A stretch of 56,907 nt of DNA from Rhodopila sp. (GCA_036398735.1 DASWON010000221.1:1-56907), one strand, 5' to 3'; shown: positions 29,889-45,506, numbered from the stretch's first letter. The notes: a model not told the origin generated them from the letters alone. Program-made: numbers and translations.

Positions 29889-31139
29889 ATGGATGCCGCA
29901 CTCCGATGTGCATCACCGGCCAACCGGAAGCCACTGCCGCAGAGCCGCCGCGACCCCGCCGGGGCCCGCACTGCCAGCCTAGCTTCGGTTGAACGCAGCA
30001 TGCTGCATGCAAGTGCCCAGCCGAACGGCCCGGCAACGTTGCTGAAAGGACGGCGGCTCTGACGGATGGACATCGCAACAGACAAGGCTGTCTGGCGCCA
30101 CTGTCCTCGAGGATGACAGCGTCCCCACCCCGCGGCCGGGTGATCGGGATCCTGACGAGGACTGACCCGGGGACGTCGTGCGGCACCGTGATCTCGCTGC
30201 CGGCCGGCGAAAGCGAGGACTGGCATCCTGACGCCGGTGGCCGGCGTATGGTCGTCCGGCTTCGGGGGCGGCGGGGTCTGCCGGGCCGGTAGAGCGGGTA
30301 GGCGAGGTGCACCGATGGGGCCTGCCGGACGATCCGACATCCGCGACTGCTGCCCGGCATTCGTTATCGGTGCCTACAGGTTGCACGAATGTGGTCACGA
30401 AAATGCCAGATGCGGTACGTATAAGTTGCTTGTCGCAAGAAGCGGCGCGCGACGTCGGAGGGGCCTGGCGACGAACAAACCGCGTACCGTCAGCGGATCA
30501 ATTCCTGCGGCGGATGGACGGTGTGAGGGCCCGGGACCGCGGCCGGCGGTTCGTGTTAGTCGCGCGCCGCGGGGGCACCTGGAGCGACCTTTTTCTTGCG
30601 GGGGACTATATTCCATAGAAGAACCGATGGACGAGACTGACCGATTTCACTTGTGGCTGCACCCGGCCAGCATATCAGAACTCTTCAATCAAGTAGAACT
30701 CTATGTTTTCTCAGGGCAGCGACTGCAAAGACGACGGCCCTGTACGTACGGCGATGTATCGCGCCGGCCGATACGCCGGGTGGCCGGCGACAGCGTCCCG
30801 AGCCGGACCCGGGAAGCGCAGGGGACCCGATCGCGGGCGGGAGTTCCGAAATTGAGGATCACAAGACGTTGACGAGGCCCATTATCGGCATAAAGTCGTG
30901 CAACTGTTGCCCAGGCGGTGGTATGTCATCGCCGGGATTTCGGTTCTCAGATCGATATGGTTGCTGGATACGGGGTTCATGCCGGCACCTGCATTGTTTT
31001 CCGCGGGAACGCGTGAACCTTCGCCGGATGTACATCGAAGTTGATGGTATAAGCATCGAAGAAACTGTCGCCGCGACACATTATTCTTGCGCCGGCGTAC
31101 ACCCGGCGCGCCCCCGGATGACTGAGGAAGGACCCAGGT

Positions 31140-31658
31140 ATGGACACTGATTGTACCACGGGATATAAGGACGCATCGCAGTGGAAATTTGCTGATCCGG
31201 ACGACGAGCAGGATTCCCCGCTGAATCAGCAGCGGGGCGGTCGCGTTGCGGCGCGGTTCGAGCCATCGCGTGACGTCGCCAGCAAGGGTTGCGTTTTAGT
31301 CGTCGATGACGATCATTTTGTTAGAGAGACGATAGCTGATCTGCTGGAAGTCGTGGGCTACCACCCGCTTCAGGCCGCCGATGCCGCGCAAGCAGTCATG
31401 ATCCTGCGCGAAGAGGCTTCAATTGATGCGCTGGTGACGGATTTGACCATGCCGGGTGCCGACGGGATTATGCTGATACGCCACGCAAGGGAACTCAGGC
31501 ACAACCTGCCGGCGATCCTGCTGACCGGCTACGCCGAAGATGTCGCCTCCGTTGCGACGATCGCCGGCGGTAATTTCCACGTCCTGCGCAAGCCGGTGGC
31601 GAGCGAGCGTCTGATCGCACAACTCGAACTGCTGGTGGCAAAGTCACCCAACGCCTAA
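31140..31658 (+). CDS. Stand-alone response regulator receiver protein
   Basis: VLVVDDD, LVTDLTMPG, ILLTGY and LRKP motifs; no output domain. Confidence 0.85.
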   Translation: MDTDCTTGYKDASQWKFADPDDEQDSPLNQQRGGRVAARFEPSRDVASKGCVLVVDDDHFVRETIADLLEVVGYHPLQAADAAQAVMILREEASIDALVTDLTMPGADGIMLIRHARELRHNLPAILLTGYAEDVASVATIAGGNFHVLRKPVASERLIAQLELLVAKSPNA

Positions 31659-31802
31659 TCGGCACGCTGGGGGCTACGGTCCTCGGCCCTCATCCGACTC
31701 GTCTGGCTCCGGGCCGCAAGTCGCCTGGCGTTGCGCCGCCGATGCCCCCTGCTATTGTCCGCCGTCCGCCTGAGAGGATGGCGGCAACCGGGAGGAATAA
31801 TC

Positions 31803-32804
31803 ATGGAAATCCGCGGGCTGGGCTATATGGGCGTCGGCGCATCGGACCTGTCCGACTGGACGATCTTCGCCACCGACTGGCTAGGCATGCAAATGGTTGA
31901 GCGCGGCAACACGACCCGCGCCTTCCGCATGGATGATCGATCGCAACGCTTGGTTGTCGATTGCTCCCTGGCCGCCGACGAACGTTACTTCGGCTTTGAG
32001 GTCGCGGACGCCGCCGCGCTGCAATCTCTGGCCGCCAGGCTGGACACCGCCGGAGTGGCGGTGCGGCGCGAGCCGCGATCGCTGGCGGACCAGCGTTTCG
32101 TCAAGGACCTGATCAGCTTCAATGATCCTGGCGGCAACCACCTGGAAGCGTTTCATGATGCCGCGGTTGCGGACGAACCGTTCCGGCCCGGCCGGTCGAT
32201 CTCCGGGTTCCGCACCGGCGCGCTGGGAATGGGACATGTCGTGTTCCAGGTGAAGAACATCGACGACTTGCTGGGCTTCTACACCGGCGTGCTGGGTTTC
32301 GGCGTGAGCGACTACATCACCACCCCGTTTCGCGCCTACTTTCTGCACACCAATCCGCGGCACCACTCCGTTGCCCTGATCGAGACCGGCCGGCAGGACC
32401 TGCACCATCTGATGGTGGAACTGTTTTCGCTCGATGACGTCGGCCAAGGCTACGACATCGCGCTCGGCGAACCTGAGAAGATCGCCACAACTTTGGGTCG
32501 CCACCCGAACGACGCCGTTACATCTTATTATCTGCGCTCGCCCGGTGGCTTCATGCTCGAATACGGCTGGGGCGGCAAGGACGTGACGCCCGGCAACTGG
32601 ACGCCGACCGAGGTGACGGTGGGGCCAAGCCTCTGGGGTCATGATCGGGCGTGGCTGCCGGCGGACCAACGCCAGCACGCGCGGGACATGCGTCTGAAAG
32701 CCGCTGCCGATGGTAAGCGTGAGCCCTTGTATGTAATCGACGGCAACTATAGCCGCATGGACGGCGTCTGCCCTTGGTGGGATGCAACCGCCGGTCGAGG
32801 CTAG
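31803..32804 (+). CDS. Extradiol ring-cleavage dioxygenase (BphC/HsaC-like, two-domain VOC)
   Basis: IRGLGY, GMGHVV, NPRHHS, LHHLMVE, LGRHPND..SYY..PGGFMLEYG and SLWGH motifs; RBS GGAGG. Confidence 0.88.
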   Translation: MEIRGLGYMGVGASDLSDWTIFATDWLGMQMVERGNTTRAFRMDDRSQRLVVDCSLAADERYFGFEVADAAALQSLAARLDTAGVAVRREPRSLADQRFVKDLISFNDPGGNHLEAFHDAAVADEPFRPGRSISGFRTGALGMGHVVFQVKNIDDLLGFYTGVLGFGVSDYITTPFRAYFLHTNPRHHSVALIETGRQDLHHLMVELFSLDDVGQGYDIALGEPEKIATTLGRHPNDAVTSYYLRSPGGFMLEYGWGGKDVTPGNWTPTEVTVGPSLWGHDRAWLPADQRQHARDMRLKAAADGKREPLYVIDGNYSRMDGVCPWWDATAGRG

Positions 32805-33226
32805 GGCTAGGGGCGGCGGGGGGCCTGCGGTTCTGCTCCAGTGCCGGGACGCGCCCGGTGGGTTTGACTCGAGGGGGCGCGTCCCGAGGCTGGACGCCGT
32901 CGGACGCCACTCAGCCTCGCACGCGCCTGCACGCTGGTCGGGACAGGATCTGATCCGGATCGGCGGGCGAGGTCGGCGGCGAACCGGACGTCACACGCGC
33001 CCGCACGTACCGCTGTAGGTCCCTTTGGCTGACCGATCTCCTGGCGATAGCGCGGGTCCCTCCCTGACTGGCAGGAGGAGGTATGCTGCCTACTGTCCCG
33101 CGACGGCTGTCCCGCGCTTGCTGGCGCCCCCGGGGCGCGCAGCTGGTGACGCCGCGCCGCCTGCGCCCGTCGCAAATATCCCGGGCGTTCGCCGGGGACC
33201 AACCTGGCCGGAACTGCGGCCGAGCC

Positions 33227-34678
33227 TTACCGCGGCAATGTGCTCGCGCCCATGAGGTACTGGTCCACGGCGCGAGCACACTGGCGGCCCTCGCGGATCG
33301 CCCATACCACCAGCGATTGGCCACGCCGCATGTCGCCCGCGGCGAACAGCTTGTCCCGCGATGTCTGGTACTGGACAGTATTGGCGAGCACGTTGCCGCG
33401 CGGATCGAGTTCCACGCCGGCCTGCTCCAGAAGCGCACCGCGGCGCGGGCCAAGGAAGCCCATCGCCAGCAGCACCAGGTCGGCCTTCATCTGGAACTCG
33501 CTGCCAGGCACCTCCTTCATCGTCATTCGCCCGTCCGGTGTGCGCTCCCACTCGACGCGCACGCAATCCAATGCCGTCACCTTGCCGTCCTTGCCGACAG
33601 CATGCTTGGTCAGCACCGCCCAGTCCCGTTCCACACCTTCTTCGTGGGCGTGCGAGGAGCGCAGCTTGACCGGCCAGTCCGGCCAGACCATGGCTTTGTT
33701 CTCCCGCACCGGCGGCTTCGGCATGATCTCGATCTGGATGATCGAGGCTGCACCTTGACGCGCTGATGTGCCGATGCAGTCCGATCCGGTATCGCCGCCG
33801 CCGACCACCACGACGTGCTTGCCCTTGGCGCTGATCGTGCCGTTCGGCGCCGCGACGGACTCCGGGTCACCGGCGTCACGCTTGTTCTGCTGCGTCAGGA
33901 AGTCCATGGCGTAATGGATGCCGTCCAGGTCGCGCCCGGTCACGTCCAGGTTGCGTGGCCACTCGGCGCCGCCGGACAGCACGACGGCGTCGAACTCGGC
34001 GAGCAACTGGTCGACGGTGACGTCCTTGCCGACCTCGGTGCCAGTGCGGAACGTCACCCCCTCAGCCGCCATCTGCTCGACCCGCCGGTCGATCAGGTGC
34101 TTCTCCATCTTGAAGTCGGGAATACCGTAGCGCAGCAGACCGCCGATCCGGTCGTGCTTCTCGATCAGCGTCACTGCGTGGCCGGCCCTGGCAAGCTGCT
34201 GGGCGCAGGCCATGCCGGCGGGCCCGGAGCCGACCACGGCGACGGCCTTGCCGGTTCTGACATAGGGCGGGATCGGTCCGAGCCAGCCTTCCTCCCAGGC
34301 CCGGTCAACGATCGCGCATTCGATGGTCTTGATGGTGACGGGGTTGTCGTCGATGTTCAGGGTGCAGGCGGCCTCGCACGGGGCCGGGCAGATGCGGCCG
34401 GTAAATTCCGGAAAGTTGTTGGTGGAGTGCAGGTTGATCGACGCCTGCTCCCACTGGTCCCGGTAGACGAGGTTATTCCAGTCCGGGATCTGATTGTTGA
34501 CCGGGCAGCCGTTGTGACAGAACGGAATACCGCAATCCATGCATCGCGCAGCCTGATCGTTCAGTTCTTTCGGCGGCAGCGGCTTGATGAATTCCTTGAA
34601 GGTCTTCAGCCGCACCTCGGGCTTTTCGTACGAGCGATCGTGACGCTCGATTTCGAGGAAGCCGGTAACCTTACCCAT
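33227..34678 (-). CDS. gltD: Glutamate synthase small subunit
   Basis: [37 protein letters not shown] and [15 protein letters not shown] motifs. Confidence 0.96.
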   Translation of the reverse strand: MGKVTGFLEIERHDRSYEKPEVRLKTFKEFIKPLPPKELNDQAARCMDCGIPFCHNGCPVNNQIPDWNNLVYRDQWEQASINLHSTNNFPEFTGRICPAPCEAACTLNIDDNPVTIKTIECAIVDRAWEEGWLGPIPPYVRTGKAVAVVGSGPAGMACAQQLARAGHAVTLIEKHDRIGGLLRYGIPDFKMEKHLIDRRVEQMAAEGVTFRTGTEVGKDVTVDQLLAEFDAVVLSGGAEWPRNLDVTGRDLDGIHYAMDFLTQQNKRDAGDPESVAAPNGTISAKGKHVVVVGGGDTGSDCIGTSARQGAASIIQIEIMPKPPVRENKAMVWPDWPVKLRSSHAHEEGVERDWAVLTKHAVGKDGKVTALDCVRVEWERTPDGRMTMKEVPGSEFQMKADLVLLAMGFLGPRRGALLEQAGVELDPRGNVLANTVQYQTSRDKLFAAGDMRRGQSLVVWAIREGRQCARAVDQYLMGASTLPR

Positions 34679-34862
34679 GATCGTCTCCAGACTGTCTGCC
34701 AGGGCGGCGCCGGATGTTCCAAGACTGACCGGCGCGCATTCCCGGTGCTTCTTCCATGATGGGCCTGGCCTGGCCCCTACGACTGTGTTTGAGTCCGCAC
34801 CGTACGTCGTGGGTAACCCGACCGAGCCGGGCCATCCCACGAAAGACGATGCGCCGCGGCTC

Positions 34863-39518
<4,656 letters not shown>

Positions 39519-39871
39519 AACTTCCTTGGCGAAACGTCTGTGCCGTCAGGGGCGCGCGATAAGCGCACAAGAAACCCTTTTGCCCGCTGGTTGGACAAAT
39601 GGCAATCATCCTGCCGCATCGCAGCGTAAGCAGTTTGCGCTGCATCGGCAAGCGACCCAGGGCCCCAGGTCCGGTCCGCCGGACGCGGCCCGTGATCAGG
39701 CTCCGCTACCCGGCACAGCGGTTTTGCCGGCGCAAACGACCGGTTCGTGGACCACGGCACGCCGCGGTCGCGCCCCCGGAATGGCTGGCCTGTCGCCGCC
39801 GTTCGGCTTTCCTGCCTCATCCGCCCGTGCAATATTACCGCAGTCGGAAAACCAACCGGAGGAACAAGGCG

Positions 39872-40585
39872 ATGATCACGCTTTATGGAATGGGAAGCCC
39901 CAACGTCGTCAAGGTCTATATCGCCCTGGAGGAACTGGCGCTGCCCTATACGGTGCACCCGGTGGACGTTTTCAGCGGCAAACAATTCGACGATGCGTTT
40001 CTCAAGCTCAACCCGAACGCCAAGGTCCCGGTCATCGTCGATCCCGAGGGGCCGGGCGGCAAGCCGTATACCGTCTTCGAATCAGGCGCGATCCTGCTGT
40101 ATCTGGCGGAGAAGACCGGGAAGCTGCTGCCTAAGGATGCGGCGGCGAAGTTCGACGCCATCCAGTGGCTGATGACCCAGATGTCCACCGTCGGCCCGAT
40201 GTTCGGCCAGTATGTGCACTTTCTGCGATTTGCCCCGGCGGGCAACGATTACTCCAAGAGCCGTTATCTCACCCAGGCGACCCGTGTCACCGAGGTGATC
40301 GATCAGCGGCTGGCGACTGTGCCGTATCTGGCCGGGTCGGAATATTCGGTCGCCGACATCGCGACGTTCCCCTGGATGCGCAATGTCCCCGCCCTGCTCG
40401 GCGCCGACATCGCGGCGAAACTGCCGAATGTTACGCGCTGGGTGAAGCAGATCGAGGAGCGGCCGGCGGTGAAGAAGGCCCTGGCCGAGGTGGATCAGGT
40501 GCGCGCCCGGACCACGGCGTTCGACAAAGCCGACGCGGCCCACCTCGACAAGCTGTTCGGCCGCGGGCAGTTCGCCGCCGCGTAA
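39872..40585 (+). CDS. Glutathione S-transferase (Ure2/YfcG-like)
   Basis: SPNVVKV..LEE, LNPNAKVP, FESGAILLYLAEK and YSVADIA motifs. Confidence 0.9.
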   Translation: MITLYGMGSPNVVKVYIALEELALPYTVHPVDVFSGKQFDDAFLKLNPNAKVPVIVDPEGPGGKPYTVFESGAILLYLAEKTGKLLPKDAAAKFDAIQWLMTQMSTVGPMFGQYVHFLRFAPAGNDYSKSRYLTQATRVTEVIDQRLATVPYLAGSEYSVADIATFPWMRNVPALLGADIAAKLPNVTRWVKQIEERPAVKKALAEVDQVRARTTAFDKADAAHLDKLFGRGQFAAA

Positions 40586-40935
40586 TCAACGCCTGACCCG
40601 CATTCGGCACCGGCACCGACACGAAAGAGCCATGGCTTTCTCACGATGTCACGGCTCTGAGGTCCACCTTGGGACGGCCTCCCGGCGCGGCGCACCGCGG
40701 GGACCGTCCCAAGGCAGCCACGCCGGGCGTCTACGGTATCCGTGGCAACCCTCCGGGATCCGTTTGTTGAGCAAGGGCATCAGCCTGATGCCGCCTGGTG
40801 GTTTGGGTGAGGGCGGCATTCGCTTTGCTTGTCAACGAAATCCAACGGCAGGACGCGGCAAATCCGCCCACCAGCCTTTGCTTGAGTGGGCCGATCGACC
40901 CGACGCCGTGGACAGTGAACGTCGGGAGCGGACCA

Positions 40936-41106
40936 CTAGTGATAGTAGCCGTGACCCCCGAACAGCACGAACAGCACGATGATAACGACGACCAGCGTCA
41001 GGCCGCCGCCGTAGTGCGCGCCGCCGTAGTAACCGGAACGATACCCGTAATAGCCGCCGCCGCCGAACAGCAGGAACAGAATCACGAGCAGCAATATCAG
41101 CCCCAT
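40936..41106 (-). CDS. 56-aa Gly/Tyr-rich two-helix small membrane protein (DUF3309-like)
   Basis: Manual translation gives MGLILLLVILFLLFGGGGYYGYRSGYYGGAHYGGGLTLVVVIIVLFVLFGGHGYYH, with an AAGGT RBS upstream. Too short for the ORF track. Confidence 0.75.
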   Translation of the reverse strand: MGLILLLVILFLLFGGGGYYGYRSGYYGGAHYGGGLTLVVVIIVLFVLFGGHGYYH

Positions 41107-41221
41107 CGGTATTTACCTTTCCTTAGATTGATCTTTGCTACATGAGGACGAACGGCGATGGTGGGGTGTCAGTTTTACGCTGGCGTGGCGGCGAAGCGCT
41201 CGCGGCGGTAAACATCGCGGC

Positions 41222-42241
41222 ATGCCCCACCGTGTTCCCCGGCCCCCATGGCATCCGGAGAGTCTCGCCGCGCGCCTGCCGTTCCTGGAGCGCCGGGCGA
41301 AGCTGACCCGCTCCGTGCGGGCGTTCTTCGAAGCTCGCTCCTATCGCGAGGTCGAAACCCCGTACGCAGTGCGCACGCCGGGCGAGGAAGTGCATCTCCA
41401 GGCGTTCGCAACCACGCGTGAAAGCCCCGATGGCACGCGGGAAAATCTTTGGCTCCACACGAGCCCGGAGTTCGCGATGAAGCGGCTGCTGGTGGCGGGT
41501 TCGGGGCCGATCTTCCAGTTCGCCAGGGTCTGGCGCAACGGCGAGGGCAGCGATCTGCATGCGCCGGAGTTCACCATGCTGGAATGGTATCGCCCGGGCG
41601 CCGACATGAACGCGCTCATCGCCGAGACCGCCGACCTGTTGCGCACGACCTTGCCGCCGGTGGTCCGCTGCCGAGGTGTCACCACCGACCTGTCGCGGTT
41701 CGAACGCCTGACGGTCGCGGACGCGTTCTCGCGGCATGTCGGTGTCGATCTGCTGGCGATCGGTGAGGATGCCGCGGCGCTGGCCGCTGCCGCCGGGGTG
41801 CGGCTGCGCCGGAACGAGACCTGGGAGGACCTGTTCTTCCGCCTGCTGCTGGAGCGGATCGAGCCGGCGCTCGGGCGTCAGCATCCGACGTTCCTGACCC
41901 ACTGGCCAGCCGCGCAGGCAGCCCTGGCACGCCGCGATCCGACCGACCCCCGTGTCGCGGAACGCTTCGAACTGTTTGTTTGCGGCATCGAACTGGCGAA
42001 TGCCTTCGTGGAGCTGACCGACCCCGTGGAACAGCGGGCTCGCTTCCTGTCCGATCGCGCGCGGCGGCATGCCTTGTCCGGTCCGGACTGGGAACTGGAC
42101 GCGGATTTCCTCGCAGCGCTGGCGCATGGCATGCCGCCGAGTGCCGGGATCGCATTGGGTTTCGACCGGATGGCGATGATCGCGTCCGGCGCCGACCGGA
42201 TCGGCCAGGTGTTGTGGATGCCATCCGCGGGCCCGCCCTGA
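41222..42241 (+). CDS. epmA: EF-P beta-lysylation protein EpmA (GenX/PoxA)
   Basis: LHTSPEFAMKRLL, RNGE, PEFTMLEWY, ERFELF..ELANAF and GIALGFDR motifs; no anticodon-binding domain. Confidence 0.92.
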   Translation: MPHRVPRPPWHPESLAARLPFLERRAKLTRSVRAFFEARSYREVETPYAVRTPGEEVHLQAFATTRESPDGTRENLWLHTSPEFAMKRLLVAGSGPIFQFARVWRNGEGSDLHAPEFTMLEWYRPGADMNALIAETADLLRTTLPPVVRCRGVTTDLSRFERLTVADAFSRHVGVDLLAIGEDAAALAAAAGVRLRRNETWEDLFFRLLLERIEPALGRQHPTFLTHWPAAQAALARRDPTDPRVAERFELFVCGIELANAFVELTDPVEQRARFLSDRARRHALSGPDWELDADFLAALAHGMPPSAGIALGFDRMAMIASGADRIGQVLWMPSAGPP

Positions 42242-42269
42242 TATGATGCGCCAGAACAAGAGGATTGTG

Positions 42270-42638
42270 ATGATGCGCCGTTTCCACCTGGTTGTGCTGC
42301 TCGGGTTGGTTGCCGGGTGCACCAATGAGCTGGCCGCCCGCCAGGCACAGCTGGCCCAGTGGGTCGGCCGGCCGGAGACCGACTTGGTCGGGCTCATGGG
42401 CGCGCCAACTCGGACCTATGAGGCCGGCGGGATGAAGTTTCTGACCTATGATGACCGGCGGGTGGAGATCGTGCCAGGGTCGCCGTACTTCGTCCCCGGG
42501 CCGTTTGGCCCAGGGCCGTTCTGGTACGGCGGCGGTGGCTTTCCGCCCACGGCGATGACGTTGGAATGCAACACGACGTTCACCGTCGCCGAGGGCGTCG
42601 TCCGGGCATACAGCCTGCGAGGGAACGCCTGCGGGTGA
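42270..42638 (+). CDS. Hypothetical lipoprotein
   Basis: MMRRFHLVVLLGLVAGC lipobox; RBS AGAGGA. Confidence 0.7.
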   Translation: MMRRFHLVVLLGLVAGCTNELAARQAQLAQWVGRPETDLVGLMGAPTRTYEAGGMKFLTYDDRRVEIVPGSPYFVPGPFGPGPFWYGGGGFPPTAMTLECNTTFTVAEGVVRAYSLRGNACG

Positions 42639-42661
42639 CCGCCGGCCCCCATCGTTTCCGC

Positions 42662-44095
42662 CTATTTGACCGTCGCAACCCGCAGCGCGTTGGTCGTCCC
42701 GGCATGGGCGAAGGGTACCCCGGCCGTCACCACAATCTCGTCCCCATGCGAGGCGAATCCCTCGGTCAGCGCCACCCGTCCGGCTCGCGCCACCGCTTCG
42801 GTCATTGAATGGACATCGGGTGTGACGACCGCGTGCACCCCCCACACCAGGGCCATCAACCGAGCGGTGTCCGGCGTCGGTGTCAAGCCGATGACAGGCG
42901 CTTCCGGCCGTTCGCGGGCCACCAGCAGAGCGGTGGCACCCCTGGCGGTGAAGGCCACGATCGCCTTCGCGCCGATGGTGTGACAGACCTGGGCCGAGGC
43001 TGCCGCGATCGCGTCGGGGGCCTTCTTTTCCGGCGGCGCATGCGATGCGTCGATCCCGGCCCGCCAGCCGGCATCCTGCTCCACCCGGGCGACGATGCGG
43101 TCCATCATGTTGACCGCTTCGTAGGGGTACTGCCCCGCGGCCGTCTCGCCGGACAGCATGACCGCGTCCGCGCCATCGAACACCGCGGTGGCAACATCGG
43201 ACGCCTCGGCCCGGGTTGGGGCAGGAGCGCTGATCATGCTCTCCAGCATCTGGGTCGCGACCACCACCGGCTTGCCCAGTGCCCGGGACAACCGGACGAT
43301 GCGCTTCTGCGCCAGCGGCACCTCCTCGGGCGGCAGTTCGACGCCGAGGTCGCCGCGCGCGACCATCACCGCGTCGGTCTGGGCCAGGATCTCGTCGAGG
43401 TTGTCGAGCGCCTGCGGCTTCTCCAGCTTCACCATCACCCAGGCACGCCCGGCGATCAGCTCCTTGGCCTCGATCACGTCCGCGGCCCGTTGCACGAACG
43501 ACAGGCCGATGTAGTTCGCGCCATGCGAGACGGCGAACTCCAGGTCCTCCCGGTCCTTCGCGGTCAGAGCCGGGATCGGCAACATCACGTCGGGAACGTT
43601 CACCCCCTTGCGGTCGGACAGCGGGCCGCCGACGACGCACTCGGTCTCCAGCGCGTCGGCGCGCTTGTGCACGACCCGCAGACGGAGCTTGCCGTCATCC
43701 AGCAGCAGCGAAGAGCCGATCGAGGCCGCCTCGATGATCTCGGGATGCGGCAGATTGACGCGTTGCAGGTCGCCCGGCGTCGGGTTCAGGTCCAGGCGAA
43801 ATCTCTGGCCCGTCTGCAGGTAGATGCGACCGCCGCCAAAGCGGCCGACCCGCAGCTTGGGCCCCTGCACGTCGGCCAGGATGCCAATCGGACGGTCGAA
43901 CCTCTCCTCGAGCTGACGGATCGCGGCGAAGCGGGCCGCATGATCCTCATGCGTGCCGTGCGAGAAATTCAGCCGGAACACGTCCGCGCCGGCCTGGAAC
44001 AGCCGGGCCATGACGTCCAGAGAGGAACTGCTGGGCCCGAGCGTGGCGATGATCTTCGTGCGGCGGCGGCGGCGCATCTTGGGGCGGACTGCCAT
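42662..44095 (-). CDS. pyk: Pyruvate kinase
   Basis: TKIIATLGP, FRLNFSHG, MVARGDLG, ATQMLESM and MLSGETA motifs. Confidence 0.97.
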   Translation of the reverse strand: MAVRPKMRRRRRTKIIATLGPSSSSLDVMARLFQAGADVFRLNFSHGTHEDHAARFAAIRQLEERFDRPIGILADVQGPKLRVGRFGGGRIYLQTGQRFRLDLNPTPGDLQRVNLPHPEIIEAASIGSSLLLDDGKLRLRVVHKRADALETECVVGGPLSDRKGVNVPDVMLPIPALTAKDREDLEFAVSHGANYIGLSFVQRAADVIEAKELIAGRAWVMVKLEKPQALDNLDEILAQTDAVMVARGDLGVELPPEEVPLAQKRIVRLSRALGKPVVVATQMLESMISAPAPTRAEASDVATAVFDGADAVMLSGETAAGQYPYEAVNMMDRIVARVEQDAGWRAGIDASHAPPEKKAPDAIAAASAQVCHTIGAKAIVAFTARGATALLVARERPEAPVIGLTPTPDTARLMALVWGVHAVVTPDVHSMTEAVARAGRVALTEGFASHGDEIVVTAGVPFAHAGTTNALRVATVK

Positions 44096-44228
44096 TGACG
44101 GATCCCTCGTGGTTTGTTGCGACGATGCCGGCGCTGCAGCGATCCGCAGGATTGGGGGCATCGCGGCAGGGGCGATCACGGTGCGGATGACGAGCGGCTT
44201 TCAGATGGTCGACATCCGCGACGGAATT

Positions 44229-45506
44229 CTAGGCGATCAGGATAGCTCTGATATCGTTAACATTGGTGAGCGTTGGGCCGGTGACGATCACGTCCCCGAG
44301 CGCTCCGAAGAAGCCATGGCTGTCATGGCCAGCCAGCATTGCCCGCGTATCCAGGCCCAGTTCCCGGGCTCGGCTCAGTGTGTCCGGTGTGACTAGGGCA
44401 CCGGCAATCTCATCCATGCCGTCGATGCCGTCGGTGTCTCCGGCGGTGGCCCAGATGCCCGGCATGGCGTCCAGGCCAAGGGCCAGCCCGATCAGGAATG
44501 TGGTATTGCGGCCGCCTTTGCCGCTTGGCTTGCCGGACATGGTGACCGTCGTTTCGCCGCCCGAGAGGAGGACTGCCGGTGCCTGCAGCGGATGACCGTG
44601 GGCACGGACGGACCGGGCGATGCCGGCCATGACCGTGCCCATCTGGACGGCTTCCCCTTCCAGCGCGTCACCCAGGATCAACGGCGTCAGTCCGAGCGCC
44701 CGGGCCTTGGTCGCCATCGCCTCGAGGGCCATCATCGGGGTCGCGATCAGGCGGAAGTCCACGTTCGGCAGACTGCCGGGTTTCGGGGTTTCGTCGTCAT
44801 CGCGGGCCAGCCGGGCGGCCACGGACGCTGGCGGCGTAATGCCATAGCGGGCGATGAGCGCGCGGGCCTGGGCAAAGGTGCTGGCGTCCGGCACGGTCGG
44901 ACCGGAGCCGATCACCGCCGGATCGTCGCCCGGCACATCGCTGATGGCCAGTGTCACCACGCGTGCCGGCAAGGCGGCGGCGGCCAGGCGCCCGCCCTTG
45001 ATGGCGGAGAGGTGCTTGCGGACCGCGTTCATCTCCGTGATGTTGGCGCCGCAGGCGAGCAGGGCGCGATTGATCGCCTGTTTGTCCGCGAGCGTGATGC
45101 CGTCAACCGGGGCCGCCAGCAGGGCGGAGGCGCCGCCGGACATCAGCGCGATCACCAGGTCGTTTTTGGTCAGGCCCTGAACCCGCTCCAGCAGTCGCCG
45201 CGCGCCGCGCTGGCTGTTGGCGTCGGGGACCGGATGGCTGGCCTCGATTACCTCGATGCGGCGGGTCGGCACGGCGTGGCCGTAGCGGGTCACCACCGTG
45301 CCCTCGAGCGCGACGTCGGGCCAGGCGTCCTCCAGCGCGGCGGCCATGACGGCAGCCGACTTGCCGCCACCCACGACGATGCAGCGGCCCGAACCGGGTT
45401 TCGGCGGCAGATGGCGCGCCAGCACGCTGCGCGGATCGGCCGCGGCGACCGCGGTGTCAAACAACGTGCGCAGCGCGGCACGGGCGGCCTCGTCCTTCAT
45501 CCGCAT
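44229..45506 (-). CDS. Glycerate kinase / hydroxypyruvate reductase (MOFRL, TtuD-like)
   Basis: GGGKSA, EASHPVPD, SGGASAL, SAIKGG, SDVPGD, GGETTV, GGRN and TLTNVND motifs. Start position uncertain. Confidence 0.9.
   Translation of the reverse strand: MRMKDEAARAALRTLFDTAVAAADPRSVLARHLPPKPGSGRCIVVGGGKSAAVMAAALEDAWPDVALEGTVVTRYGHAVPTRRIEVIEASHPVPDANSQRGARRLLERVQGLTKNDLVIALMSGGASALLAAPVDGITLADKQAINRALLACGANITEMNAVRKHLSAIKGGRLAAAALPARVVTLAISDVPGDDPAVIGSGPTVPDASTFAQARALIARYGITPPASVAARLARDDDETPKPGSLPNVDFRLIATPMMALEAMATKARALGLTPLILGDALEGEAVQMGTVMAGIARSVRAHGHPLQAPAVLLSGGETTVTMSGKPSGKGGRNTTFLIGLALGLDAMPGIWATAGDTDGIDGMDEIAGALVTPDTLSRARELGLDTRAMLAGHDSHGFFGALGDVIVTGPTLTNVNDIRAILIA

Noticed and set aside
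29820-29960. Cobalamin riboswitch suggested by GAAGCCACTG
   Set aside because: The other conserved elements (GGGAA, CCC-AACTGT, GGGAAGG, B12 box) are missing and no cobalamin-related gene follows.
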